A DNA stretch of 64,000 nt, taken from positions 349,060,001 through 349,124,000 of the forward strand of contig OZ024742.1 in NCBI GenBank assembly GCA_964016885.1. Direction: 5' to 3'. This DNA comes from Eledone cirrhosa. Taxonomy: Eukaryota. Positions 1 to 13,521 of this stretch are shown in pieces. The notes below the pieces were generated by a model, which was not told the origin of the DNA, searched no databases, and worked only from the letters and a program-made list of their open reading frames with translations. The stretch's first letter is position 1; each line of letters starts with the position of its first letter. Made by a program: the position numbers and the translations under genes.

Positions 1-2
1 TG

Positions 3-460
3 TGTTTGTTGTGCAATTTCGCTCGTGTTGGTGATGTGGGGTTGCATATCCTTGATGTAGTTCGGCATGCTATCTATTGACATCCTACCAGACTTATCCG
101 TGGGTAGACATACTACCTCACCATCCCTTGTGCGCTGCTTGAGGCTAACCAAGCCTTCTACAGGTTTCCTCCCAAGTTGTTGGGCCTCTGGTCTGCTCTG
201 TCTCTTAGTATACCTGTCTACTATTTGTCTAATCTTATTTCTAGCTATGGTGAACTGTGCCTCTGTCTCGTCATCTATTTGTTGTGGTATGCAAACTCTT
301 TTATTAAAGGGTAACCTCTTTTTCAACCCAGCTGACAAAACATATATATGGGTAATATCTATCCTACGAGGTTACCCTTTAATAAAGGAGTAGGATAGAT
401 ATTATCGTAGGATAGATATTACCCATCTTGTATGTTTTGTCAGCTGGGTTGAAAAAGAGG
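3..460 (-). mobile_element. Penelope-like element (PLE) fragment, N-terminal region upstream of the RT; continues off the left edge
   Basis: Minus frame 317->3 is stop-free and reads RLPFNKRVCIPQQIDDETEAQF...EGLVSLKQRTRDGEVVCLPTDKSGRMSIDSMPNYIKDMQPHI. The 'LxSLKxR...VVxxPTDKSG' block resembles the DKG motif preceding PLE RTs. The upstream part (LFFNPADKTYKMGNIYPT) lies at 460->405, separated by an inverted duplication. Not in the ORF track because it runs off the window. Confidence 0.6.
298..460. repeat. Interlocking inverted repeats (~55 bp and ~20 bp arms)
   Basis: 315-369 is the near-perfect reverse complement of 405-460. 298-318 (cttttattaaagggtaacctc) pairs with 368-390 (gaggttaccctttaataaaggag). 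Confidence 0.9.
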
Positions 461-577
461 TATACAGTGAGTGTGATCTGTTATTAATTCTGGCAATATT
501 ACACAAATATGACCCTCCCCAAGTATAACAATATTTGTTTCGACACACGATTTCACATAAGAAACCTCGCAAAACTA

Positions 578-698
578 ATATATATAGATATATATAGATA
601 TACACTGATATATACACCTCTGTATATATATATATAGCTCTACGCTGATATATACATCTCTCTCTCTATATATATAGCTATACACTGATATATAGACC

Positions 699-766
<68 letters not shown>

Positions 767-844
767 TAGATATACACTGATATATACACCTCTGTATATA
801 TATATATATATATATATAGATAGATATACACTGTAATATACACC

Positions 845-885
<41 letters not shown>

Positions 886-906
886 CTATACACTGATATA
901 TACATC

Positions 907-961
<55 letters not shown>

Positions 962-974
962 TGATATATACACC

Positions 975-1011
<37 letters not shown>

Positions 1012-1152
1012 TGATATATACACCTCTTTATATATATATATATAGCTATACACTGATATATACACCTCTGTATATATATATATATATATATATACACTGA
1101 TATATACACCGCTATATATATATATATATAGCTATACACTGATATATACACC

Positions 1153-1185
<33 letters not shown>

Positions 1186-1320
1186 CCATACACTGATATA
1201 TACACCTCTGTATATATATATAGCTATACACTGATATATACACCGCTATATATATATATATATAGCTATACACTGATATATACACCTCTGTATATATATA
1301 TATAGTTCTACACAGATATA
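578..1320. repeat. Compound minisatellite: gctatacactgatatatacacctctg units separated by variable (TA)n
   Basis: The motif cactgatatatacacctctg recurs more than ten times with (TA)n spacers of differing length. Confidence 0.9.
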
Positions 1321-1960
1321 TACACTATGTATATATACATAGCCATACACATATATACACCTCTGTATACATACACACACAGCTATACACATATATACAC
1401 CTCTGTATACATACAAATAGCTATACATATATATACATCTCTGTATATATACATAGCGATACACATATATACACATCTGTATACATATATATAGCTATAC
1501 ACATATATACACCTCTGTATATATACATATTCAGCTATACACATATATACACCTCTGTATATATACACATACAGCTATACACATATATACACCTGTGTAT
1601 ATATACACATACAGCTATACACATATATACACCTCTGTATATATACACATACAGCTATACACATATATACACCTCTGCATACCTACATATACAGCTATAC
1701 ACATATATACACCTCTGTATATATACACATACAGCTATACACATATATACACCTCTGTATATATACACATACAGCTATACACATATATACACCTCTGCAT
1801 ACATACATATACAGCTATACACATATATATACCAACTTCTGCACACATACAGTTACACTCATATAGTTATACACATATATAGACCCACCACTGCATACAT
1901 ACACCCACGTTACTATAGTTATACACATATATACACCCACCTCTGTATACATACATCCAC
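1321..1960. repeat. 40-bp minisatellite (atatacacatacagctatacacatatatacacctctgtat), degenerating to the right
   Basis: An exact 40-bp period is visible at 1540-1830; more diverged copies lie at 1321-1540 and 1830-1960. Confidence 0.9.
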
Positions 1961-2042
1961 GTTACTATAATTATATACTTATATACACTCACCTCTGCAC
2001 ACACACACACATATATATAGTCATCCCACAACCGGATGGTCA

Positions 2043-2700
<658 letters not shown>

Positions 2701-2735
2701 GATTACCTCTCACAATAATTATTAATCAAAAGATG

Positions 2736-2922
2736 GATGGGCGGTGGATTGGCAGTATCGGTAGAGGGTCGGACGCCATGCTTTCCAGCATAGTTACGTC
2801 CCTTTACGGTCTGAGTTCAAATCCCGCCGAGGTTTACTTTGCCTTTCATCCTTACGAGGTCGATAAAATAAAGTACCAGTAATGCACTGGGTAATTGCTG
2901 GCCTTGTGCCTAAAGTAGAAAC
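2736..2922 (+). mobile_element. tRNA-derived SINE, apparently full length, with 19-bp TSD
   Basis: A-box-like tggcagtatcgg (~2750), B-box-like gagttcaaatccc (~2813), central block tttgcctttcatccttacgaggtcgataaaataaagtaccag (resembles the MetaSINE-type core) and an ATT-type tail. Flanked by the identical 19-mer aattattaatcaaaagatg at 2717-2735 and 2923-2941. A second copy lies at 21573-21722. Confidence 0.85.
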
Positions 2923-3098
2923 AATTATTAATCAAAAGATGTAATAAGTAACAAGTAAATAACAAACGGCAAAGTGGTACCTTGAGAAAAAACGGTGTAT
3001 TTGAGGTAATGAAATAACTCAAGTATTTATTTACTTATGTAAACGTAGAAAACTGCAGGGGTACATTGCTTTGATATCGGCCGCTAGAAGCAGCGCAT

Positions 3099-3492
<394 letters not shown>

Positions 3493-3567
3493 GTATCGGT
3501 TCAAACGAAAGAAAGATGTGGAAAATGATAATATTATATTAGCCGTTATATCTATCTTCCTATCTAT

Positions 3568-4752
3568 CTTCTAACGGAGGGCTGGGCATGCTGTGGTTGA
3601 TGATGCGCAAATACGCGCTAAGGCTACGCCTTCTCCAGGTATTCCTGGCCGCCGATCCGCTGCGGCTGTCGTTTGTGAGACGAGCTCTTCCTCAACTCGT
3701 CTCACTAACAGAGCTGCAGTCCTGTGTCAAGCGAAGACCGAAAATGGGTGCCTGGCACCTCGAGTGCCTTCAGGCGCTCACAGCCTGTTCTACCAAGCGG
3801 AAACGGCAATAAGCGGAGACTCCACCTCGACATTCTATAGGGGATTAGTGGAGGATAAGTGCGACGACGTTCTCGGGGAATCTCTAGACATCGAAGAGGA
3901 CGAACTGACCAATCTGTTCGGGGATCTTTCCGTCCAGGGCCTATGGATGACTTCCAGAGGTCTCTGGCCTGGCAGTGCTACCGCGGAGCTCTACCAGTTC
4001 GAGATAAGATCTTCAGGCACGGACGCCCTGGCAGAGATCCTGCCAAAAGGACTTGTTCAAGATGCGAGCAGGACATCGAAACCGTTCTGCACTCAATTAT
4101 TCATTGCCCAGGGGTGACCGAACTGTGGGATTATGTCGAACAGCTACGGTTACGTGTGGGACGCATCCAGTTGTCAGCCGAGTCCATCGTGAGGATCACC
4201 CCGCCGCTTTCATTTAAGAATGACGGAGAGTCGGTCTTCCTCTGTCTGGTGGCTATGGCGAAAGAGGTAATATTGTGGACAAGGTTAAAAGGACTGAGGG
4301 CAAACAGCTTTCTCTCCGGACAACAACTTATCCCCTTCTTTAAGTACCACTCCAGAAGGAAGATGAGAGTGGAGAGAGAGGTGCTACACCCAGTAAATTC
4401 GCTGAACGGTGGGTGAATGTGGCGAAAATAGCCCGAGTGAATGGGCCTTCTCTGTATATATACCTGTAGGTTGAGGAAGACAAATAGAGGGAAGACGGGA
4501 ACACTTACAAAACGTGTTCCTGTTGTTGAGGGTTGTTCTATCCACGGGGTGTAAAACAACCCCGCAGCAACGTTCCCCCCTATTGAGGGCTTCGATTGTT
4601 TTATTTTGTAAATATTTTATTGTTATCCATTATCATTGTTCAAGATTTTTATGTAAAACCCCCGCCGTCACGTCTTGTAATGTCCCATTTTTGTACGCCC
4701 CTGTGGCAAATAAACAAATCTATCCATCTATCTATCTATCTATCTATCTATC
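3568..4752 (+). mobile_element. Tx1/L1-clade non-LTR retrotransposon unit A, 5'-truncated: ORF2 C-terminus, 3' UTR, AATAAA, (TATC)n tail
   Basis: Starts abruptly after tatctatc at cttctaacggagggctgggc, which matches unit D near 16059. Frameshifted ORF2 end with CSRC-X8-H-X4-C and stop TAG at 4467-4469. AATAAA at ~4709, then (TATC)n at ~4719-4752. Confidence 0.9.
3571..4469 (+). pseudogene. Unit A ORF2 C-terminal fragment (frameshifted)
   Basis: Pieces in three frames (ORFs 3588, 3593, 3859) align colinearly with the ORF2 C-terminus of units C and D: PGPMDDFQRSLAWQCYRGALPVRDK...CSRCEQDIETVLHSIIHC. Confidence 0.85.
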
Positions 4753-4964
4753 TCGTATAGTATAGACGTGTATAACATCGGCTCCTGCCTTTTTGAAATT
4801 TTACCCATTGACAGTAAGTGTTTGTCTCTTTATTGTGTTGTCTTCGTGCCTTTTAACCACCCGGCTAGGTCTGTAGACGGGTGGTCATCGTATTTTTACC
4901 CCGTTTGGGGGTAAAAACTACTCCAAAAATTTTTTGCTGACTCACATGGTAAAAAATTGACGCC

Positions 4965-6741
4965 ATGTCTGCAGCACGTGTGGACGATAACGCCACGCTC
5001 ACTAAGGAAGAAGAGAGAAAGAAGCAAGCGGTACAAAGCGTTTTGCTTTCTCGCGCCAACGTTGTAAAAGACTTGGTAAAAGGCGATATGCCAGACAAAC
5101 AATTAAATACGGGTGCAAACCCAATTTATTACAACTCAAACACAAACAATGACAAAACCAATACACCAAACGAGAAAGACAACAACAACAAAAATGAAAA
5201 CAATTCAAATTACGAGAAACAAAACAATTCAAACACCAACAATGAAAACAAAATATCTTTTGCACAAACTGCTAAAATATCAGTCACATATGTGCTTGAG
5301 GATATATCTAATGCCAAAGAAATGCTTGAAAAAGCAAAAAAAATGTATCGTTTGGCGAAAATGGATCTTTTTCCATCAATTCGCCCCCAGAACTAAAAAA
5401 ACAGACGGAATTACGAACTGTTGTATTCCGTACAATTGCAAACAAAACAAAAAAACCAGCACAACCATCTCAAGCTGAAATGCAGTTAGTACTGAAAGAA
5501 GTTATGAAAGACATTATTTTTATACAAAAGGATAAACTCTATGGGAGTTTATCCATATTTATGAAAGATGAATTGGCGACGAAAAAATACTCTGTGTCGC
5601 CAATTCGTTCCACACACTACACCTTTTTCCCCACCTACATGGGTAAAAAACCCCAAAGAATATGGATAACCACCATCACCCCAAACATAAACTACTGGTG
5701 GTTACTAACCGGTTTCCTCAACTTAGACGAGGACAACCTTATATCAATAGGGAAGGCATCCGGCGACGCGTTCAGTGGAACGAGTATTGAAGTTCTGACC
5801 AAAATAAGGCCAGAACGTATCGCCCAAATCCCTGAGTGCGTCATGCTGGATGACCGTACCCACCTCAACATTATTGTGGAGGGTAGGCGTCCCTCCTGTT
5901 ACCTCTGTGGCAATAGAGGTCACCTGAGGGCTGCCTGTCCCCAGCTCACACCGAAAAAAACATTGCTACCAACATCCCAACAACCAACACCAACACCACC
6001 CCAACAACAACAACAAAAACAACCACAACAACAACAACAAAAACCAACACCACCACCACCACAACAACAACAACAACAAACACGTGAAAAAACAACACGG
6101 ATTACTGTCCCACCCAACCACTCCCCACCCAAAACAAATACAAAAACACACACACCGCAAACACTACCCCTCCCACCCAACAAGGAAGACGAACCCTTTC
6201 GTCGCAAGACGAAAAAGATCCCTTCCAGATAGTAAAAAGAAAGAAGAGGAGGCGCACCACAGACACACATATTAACATTAACCCTCCCCAAGAGAAAACA
6301 AACTATATACAAACCACCCCTCCCCGTCACACAACACTAACTGCTACGCAAAAAAAGACTTTACAATATACATACATGAACACAGACAACAAAGAACTAA
6401 TGAACACAATTTCGTCAAACCCTTCGGTCCAAATTGAAGGGCCTAACTTTATAACTGCTGTGGGACTACCTCATTTACAAATGATTAAAGTCTCAATGAA
6501 CTTATACAAAACGTTGAAAATAAATTTCACGGAGGACGTGCCCCCCCCCTGCTCCAAGCCAATCAACCGCGTCCTCCTAAACAAATTCCCCACCCCCACC
6601 CAGACACACTCAACCACAAACACCCCAACCCCACAACACACTGATGCCCCTACACTTCCACAAACCACCACTCCACCCAACAACCCATCCCCAACACTCA
6701 TGGAAATTGAGCGGCCCGCTCCCCGGGACGCAGAGAGGTAA
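4965..6741 (+). pseudogene. Unit B ORF1, Gag-like nucleic-acid-binding protein with one CCHC zinc knuckle (frameshifted)
   Basis: ORFs 4965-5396, 5480-6232 and 6376-6741 join through frameshifts (one in the A-run at ~5340) and align with unit D ORF1. Contains an Asn-rich N-terminus, KISFA, YTFFPTYMGK, VEGRRPSCYLCGNRGHLRAAC and a Q/P/T-rich linker. Confidence 0.85.
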
Positions 6742-6765
6742 GTGCCTTTTCTCCTTACCACCAGC

Positions 6766-9700
6766 ATGGCTGTGCTGAGAGTAGGGTGTCTAAATGCGCG
6801 TGGCCTGGGCTCATCTTGGAAGCAAGCAATGCTTCTAAATGACCTCAGAGCACGATCTATAAATGTGATGGTCATCTGCGAGGCCCGGATCAGCAGCATG
6901 CGACAGCTAGCCCCCACCTTTGATGACTTTGAGATGCACGCATCTCTCTGTCAGCCCGGAGGTGGGGGTGGGGTTGTGGTTCTGCTGCAAAAACATCTGG
7001 GTCTCGCCACACAGATAGTTCACTTGGACCCGGGGGGTCGACTGGTGGTGCTGGACCTTGGCAGTGGTGAAGGTGGAGCCTTTAGGCTGGTAGCCGCATA
7101 TGCCCCTTTTGGGACAGAGCGGCCCGACTTTTTCCAGCGTCTAGAGTCTTTTCTAGGGACGTCCCGTTCCCTGCTTTTAGTGGGGGACTGGAATGGTATC
7201 CTGGATGCACGTTGGGACTATGCAGGGGCATGTCCCGATAGAGAGGGGTGCAACAGCCTCAAGGGTTTACTCGGCCGATTTGACCTGGCCGATAGATTTC
7301 GACTAGATTTTCCGACGGTGCCAACCTGGTCTTGATCAAATCGTAGCGGTCAATCTAGATCGTACCTAGATAGGTTCTTAGTTAGAAATAAGGACAGGGA
7401 CTTTTTAAGTTGTCCAGAAATGCTCATGGTTGGCTATTCAGACCACAAGTTGGTGACCTGCATGGTCAACCTTGATAGAACGCATAGACAGGGCCCCGGT
7501 TACTGGAAGCTGAACTTGTCCTTACCGGCAAGTAAAGCTTACAGGGACCGGATTAGTACGTTAGTTAAGGAGCGGTTGACTGGAGCGATCGTCAACAGCA
7601 GGTGGTGGGTATCTCTAAAGAGAGAGATTAGAGAAGTCTCGATAGAATTTAGTAAGGTTCTAGCTGCGGATAAGAATAGGAAGGAAAGGGAGCTAATAGA
7701 TAGAGTAGAAGAGGCAGTTAGAAGCGGCGACGTGGCCAGAGTGCTAGCGTGGAGAACGGCTTTGAGCCAGTTTTTCGACGCGAAGCACGAAGGCTGCGTT
7801 GTCCGAAGTAAAATACGTGCTCTAGGGAACGAGGGGACCAAAGCTGTTAGCTGGGCCCGCGTGACAGAAGCCAAGAGTGGAACTAAATCCACCATCCGGT
7901 CTTTGCGAGACCAGGATGGACGGGCGATCCTTGAACCTAAGCAGATGTGTGAGGCCTTTCAAAGGCACTTTGCTCGACTGTTCGGAAGGGGCGGGGAGCC
8001 GGTTGGGGATGTGGACTTCGGCTCATACCTCGACGGCCTGCCGCGTCTCTCGGACAGGGAGGCGAAGTCCTGCGAGGAGCCGATTTCAGCCGCTGAGATA
8101 GAGGACGTGCTGAGCCAATGCGGCAAACGCAAATCCCCGGGTCTCGATGGTCTTCCATACGAACTATATCTAGCTATGCCGGACTTGTTCCCCGATCTCC
8201 TCGAGGCAGTCTACTTCAACTGGCAACGGAACGGGAGAATTCACTGTGCTGTGACCAAGGGCGTAGTCACGCTAGTGAGGAAGGACGAGAACAAGGGGGA
8301 CGAAATAAGTAACTTCAGGCCCATAACTCTGCTAAATACAGAGTTACAGATTTTGGCCAAGGTGCTAGCAAAGAGGTTGGCGCTTGTCGTGGGCAACCTG
8401 GTGGGAGATGCGCAGACATGTGCTATCCCGTCCAGGTCCATCCATGACAACCTCCATCTCATGCGATACATCATAGAGGGGGTTGGGAACGAACCCGACT
8501 TTGGTGGGGCTCTGATCAACTTGGATCAATCTAAGGCGTTCGATAGGGTCGACCATGGTTACCTGGATGCGGTGCTAGCGGCGGCAGGCTTCGGACCCGT
8601 TTTCAGGGGCTGGATCACTGCTATGCACAGCAGCCGCATCTGCTCTAGAGTCAGGGTGAACGGCTACCTCTCGGAGCCGTTCGAAATCGCGCGGTCCATC
8701 CGACAAGGGTGCCCTCTCTCCTCCCTTCTGTATGTATTGACTCTCGAGCCACTACTGCGGAAGTTGGAGTTGTTGCAGGGCATCCCTTTGGAACCGGGAT
8801 TGCGGAAAGCGGTGTCGGCCTACGCAGATGACGTGACAGTAATGGTGTCGACGGCCTCCGAAATCGGGGCGATCGGCACCTTACTGGAGGAGTACGAAAG
8901 GTTCACAGGGGCTAAGCTGAACCGGGACAAGTCGATCGGTTTGCAACTCGGCACGTGGAGGGGCAAACCGATGCCCTCCGATGGCGTCGTCGGACGTTGG
9001 ACGGAGGGCCCGGTGAAGTTGCTCGGGGTCTGGTTCGGACCAGATCTCCAGGTGGAGAAGAACTGGGCTGAGGTTACGAACAGGCTGTTTGCACTGACCC
9101 AGAAGTGGGCCAGTTGCAAACTATCCCTGAAAGGTCGGGCGGAGGTGGCGAACACCTATATAGCGTCCGTCATCTACTACCGCCTGACCGTCGTGCCTTG
9201 CCCAAGGGAAACCCTCGCCAAGATGGAGCGCGCACTCTTCCAATTCCTTTGGAAGAAGCGGGCTCCTTTGGTGAGGAGATCCATCTGCTGTCAGCACCCT
9301 TCGAAAGGAGGGCTGGGGATGCCGTGGCTAATGATGCCTAAACACGCATTAAGGCTACGGCACCTCCACGTATTCCTCACCGGTCAACCGGTGTGGGCCT
9401 CGTTTGTGAGACGAACCTTTCCCAGACTCGTCTCACTCACCGAGCTGCAATCCTGGGTCAAGCAAAGACCGAGAAAACTGGGCGCCTGGCACACTGAGTG
9501 TGCCCAGGCGCTCACCGCCCTCTGGCAGGCGGATCCGGTTATCAGTGGAGACTCCACCGCAACATTCTATAGAGGGCTGGTACGCAGCAGGTGCGACGAC
9601 GCCCTCGAAGAAGCCCTAGAAATGGAGGAAGATGATCTGGACAGCCTGTTCGGTAGGACATTCAGCCCGGGACCTATGGACCACTTCCAGAACTCCCTGG

Positions 9701-10130
9701 CCTGGAAGTGCTACCTAGGGGCTCTACCTGTTCGAGAAAAGCTCAGACACGGGCGCCCGGGTAGGGACCCCGCCAAAAAGATCTGTCCCAGATGCGTGTG
9801 TGACGAGGAAACCGTTGCACACGCATTGGTACACTGGTCGGGCGTAGCCGATCGGTGGGGCTATGTCGAACAACTGCTGTCAAGGGTGGGACCGATCCGG
9901 TTGACCACCGAGTCTATTGTAACGATCAAGCCGCCTCCCCCCTTCAAAAACGAAGGAGAGGCGGTGTTTCTGTGCGTAATAGCCATGGTGAAAGAGATTG
10001 TATGGTGGACGCGTCTGACACCTTTCTCTCTGGCCAACAACTGGTCCGTTTCTTCCGATATCATTTCGGAAGAAGGATCAGGATAGAGAGAGAGGTGCTC
10101 CACCCCAGTCGTTTTTATGAAAGGTGGGTG
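6766..10130 (+). pseudogene. Unit B ORF2: APE endonuclease, reverse transcriptase, C-terminal zinc finger; one nonsense mutation and a late frameshift
   Basis: APE motifs CLNARGL, ICEARI, VGDWNG, SYLDR, SDHKLV. RT motifs KSPGLDG, FRPITLLN, LDQSKAFDRVDH, IRQGCPLS, AYADD. Also CPRC-X8-H. TGA at 7333-7335 corresponds to TGG in unit D; a small deletion at ~10012 shifts the frame. Confidence 0.93.
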
Positions 10131-11350
<1,220 letters not shown>

Positions 11351-11571
11351 CAGACGTGTGTAACTTCGCGGAGAAGTTTCCGTTATTTTATGTAAGAAAA
11401 AAAACGTGAGTTTTTAGTTAAATTTTATATTATTGTGTAACTTGACCCCCCGTCTGGACCTTCAGGTAGTGGGTCAACTCATTTTCGCCCCTACAGGGGC
11501 GAAATATTCGTTTGAAAAATTTTTTCTCCATCGAATTTTGGAAAAAATATTATAAAAAATTTGATTACGTT

Positions 11572-13488
11572 ATGAACGCTGCGTTCAACGATAATGGTGG
11601 TGGAGAGTCGGTGAAACTACAGAGCTCGCAGTCAACATCGTCTTCTTCCCTTTCCTTCTCAATAGATACTATAGAGATGGAAAGACGAAATGAAAATGTA
11701 AAAACAAATTCATATCCAAACAACACAAATGACACCAAACAGTTCAATGACAACAAAAATAACAACACTAATAATGATGATAAAAACAACAATGACAACA
11801 ACAACAACAAAGAAAAAAATAAAGACAACACCAATAACACCAGCATCAAAGACAACAACAACACCAAGGAAAATACGAATAATATCAACATCGGTGACAA
11901 CAAGAATAACAACAAGAATAACAACAATAATGACAACATCACCAACACGGATAATTTCACAAAGAAACCAAAAATCTCCTTTGCAGAGACAGTTCAAAAA
12001 AAGGAGGAACTGATATATCTCGACATAACAAATGCTGAACAACTTTTAAAGGACGCTAGGAGATATGTCACTTTCGAAAAAAATGGTGCTTTCAGCATCA
12101 ATTCTCCGGTAGAAATTCGCAAGGAAACTGCTCTCAAAACGATAGTTTTTAGGACAGTTTCCAATTCTACCCGAAAACCAGTCCAATTGTCACAGAAAGA
12201 AATTGAACTGGTTTTCAAAAATTCAATGAATGATATTGCATTCATTCAAAGAAGCAAACTTTTTGGGAGTATTTCGGTATTCATGAAGGATCAATTGACG
12301 GCCCAAAATTACTCTGTGTCGCCAAATGTATCCAACCTGTACACCTTTTTCCCTACATACATGGGAAAAAGGACACAAAAGATCAAAATTACGAGTGTCA
12401 CACCAAAGGTGAACATATGGTGGATACTGTGCGGCTTCATCAATTTTGATGAAGACAGAATACTGTCAGTAGGAAAGTCCCCCAGAGATGTATTCAATGG
12501 GACTAGCATTGAAGTTCTGGTGCAAATGAGCCCAGAGCGAATAGCTATGATCCCACAACGTGTACTCCTGGACGGACTCACCTACATAAACTTTTCGGTT
12601 GAAGGTAGGCGGCCTTCATGTTACCATTGCTTTAGCAGGGGTCACCTGAGGGCTTCCTGTCCTAAATTAATGAATAAAAAAAAGGCTCTTCTGCCGACAC
12701 CCATCAAAACAACACAACCACCAACACCACCACAACAATAACAACACCAACACACAAAAATAACCACAACAAACACAGTCCCACCCAACCCCACTCCACC
12801 TAAAACCACTGCAAAATCATATACAGAGACAACAGCTCCCCAAGACATACCCCTCCTCAATCACACAGACGATACAACAGATGAGGCTATCTCGCCATCA
12901 CCCAGTGAAGACGAGAGAGAACCCCATCGCTCGAAAAGAAAGAAAAGACATCACAAAAGCAAAAAACCAGCAAACACTACTACAAACATACAACCACCAA
13001 CACAAACAACAAAAACATCACAAACAAAACCTCCACCTCCTGAAAACAAAATACCTACAACAAAACGAAAGCACACACAAGAACTACAGACAAAAACAAA
13101 CAACACAAGAAAATTACACTTACACTTACATAAACACTGAAAACAAAACACTAATGGAGACCTTCACGAACGACCCTTGGTGAAAACCGAAGGGAAAACT
13201 TTCGCCCACTCTATTAAAAATAACAAAAAACTGATTAGGGTCCCTATACAAACTTATAGGTCCCTAAAAGAAACATTTGAGAAGGATGTGGGGAATTCCT
13301 GCGTGAAACCACTTAACCGCGTCCTTCTCAAATGTCTCCCCACCCCAGACACCCCCATCCCACCAGAGCCCACCCCACCAAACATCTCCGTCCCCACCCC
13401 ACCGGAAACCACCACCCATCCAGACAACCCCTCCAACACCCCCATGGAAATCGTGCAGCCTGGTCCCCAGGAGACGAAGGGTGAGTGA
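11572..13488 (+). pseudogene. Unit D ORF1 (Asn-rich N-terminus, CCHC knuckle); premature stop plus frameshifts
   Basis: First ATG at 11572. KISFA, YTFFPTYMGK, VEGRRPSCYHCFSRGHLRASC. TAA at 12739-12741 within a CAA run; frameshifts near 13100 and 13177. The C-terminal KPLNRVLL..PTP..PMEI matches unit B. Confidence 0.85.
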
Positions 13489-13521
13489 TCTCTTTTCCTC
13501 ATTTAACTTTTCAGCACCAAC

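Larger units (their letters stand above)
4763..10130 (+). mobile_element. Tx1/L1-clade unit B: 5' UTR, ORF1, ORF2; lacks its own 3' end (fused to unit C)
   Basis: Begins at agacgtgtataacatcg just after the (TATC)n tail of unit A, matching the start of unit D (agacgtgtgtaacttcg). Two-ORF LINE layout. Confidence 0.92.

Noticed and set aside
67-393. 108-aa + strand ORF
   Set aside because: Antisense shadow of the Penelope-like frame plus the inverted segment.
2740-2830. tRNA gene
   Set aside because: A/B-box-like motifs only; no cloverleaf, and it continues into a SINE body with a TSD.
7333-7335. Programmed readthrough or split endonuclease/RT genes (also 14875-14877)
   Set aside because: The stops are at different positions in B and D, and each is a sense codon (TGG, CAA) in the other copy, so they are ordinary nonsense mutations.
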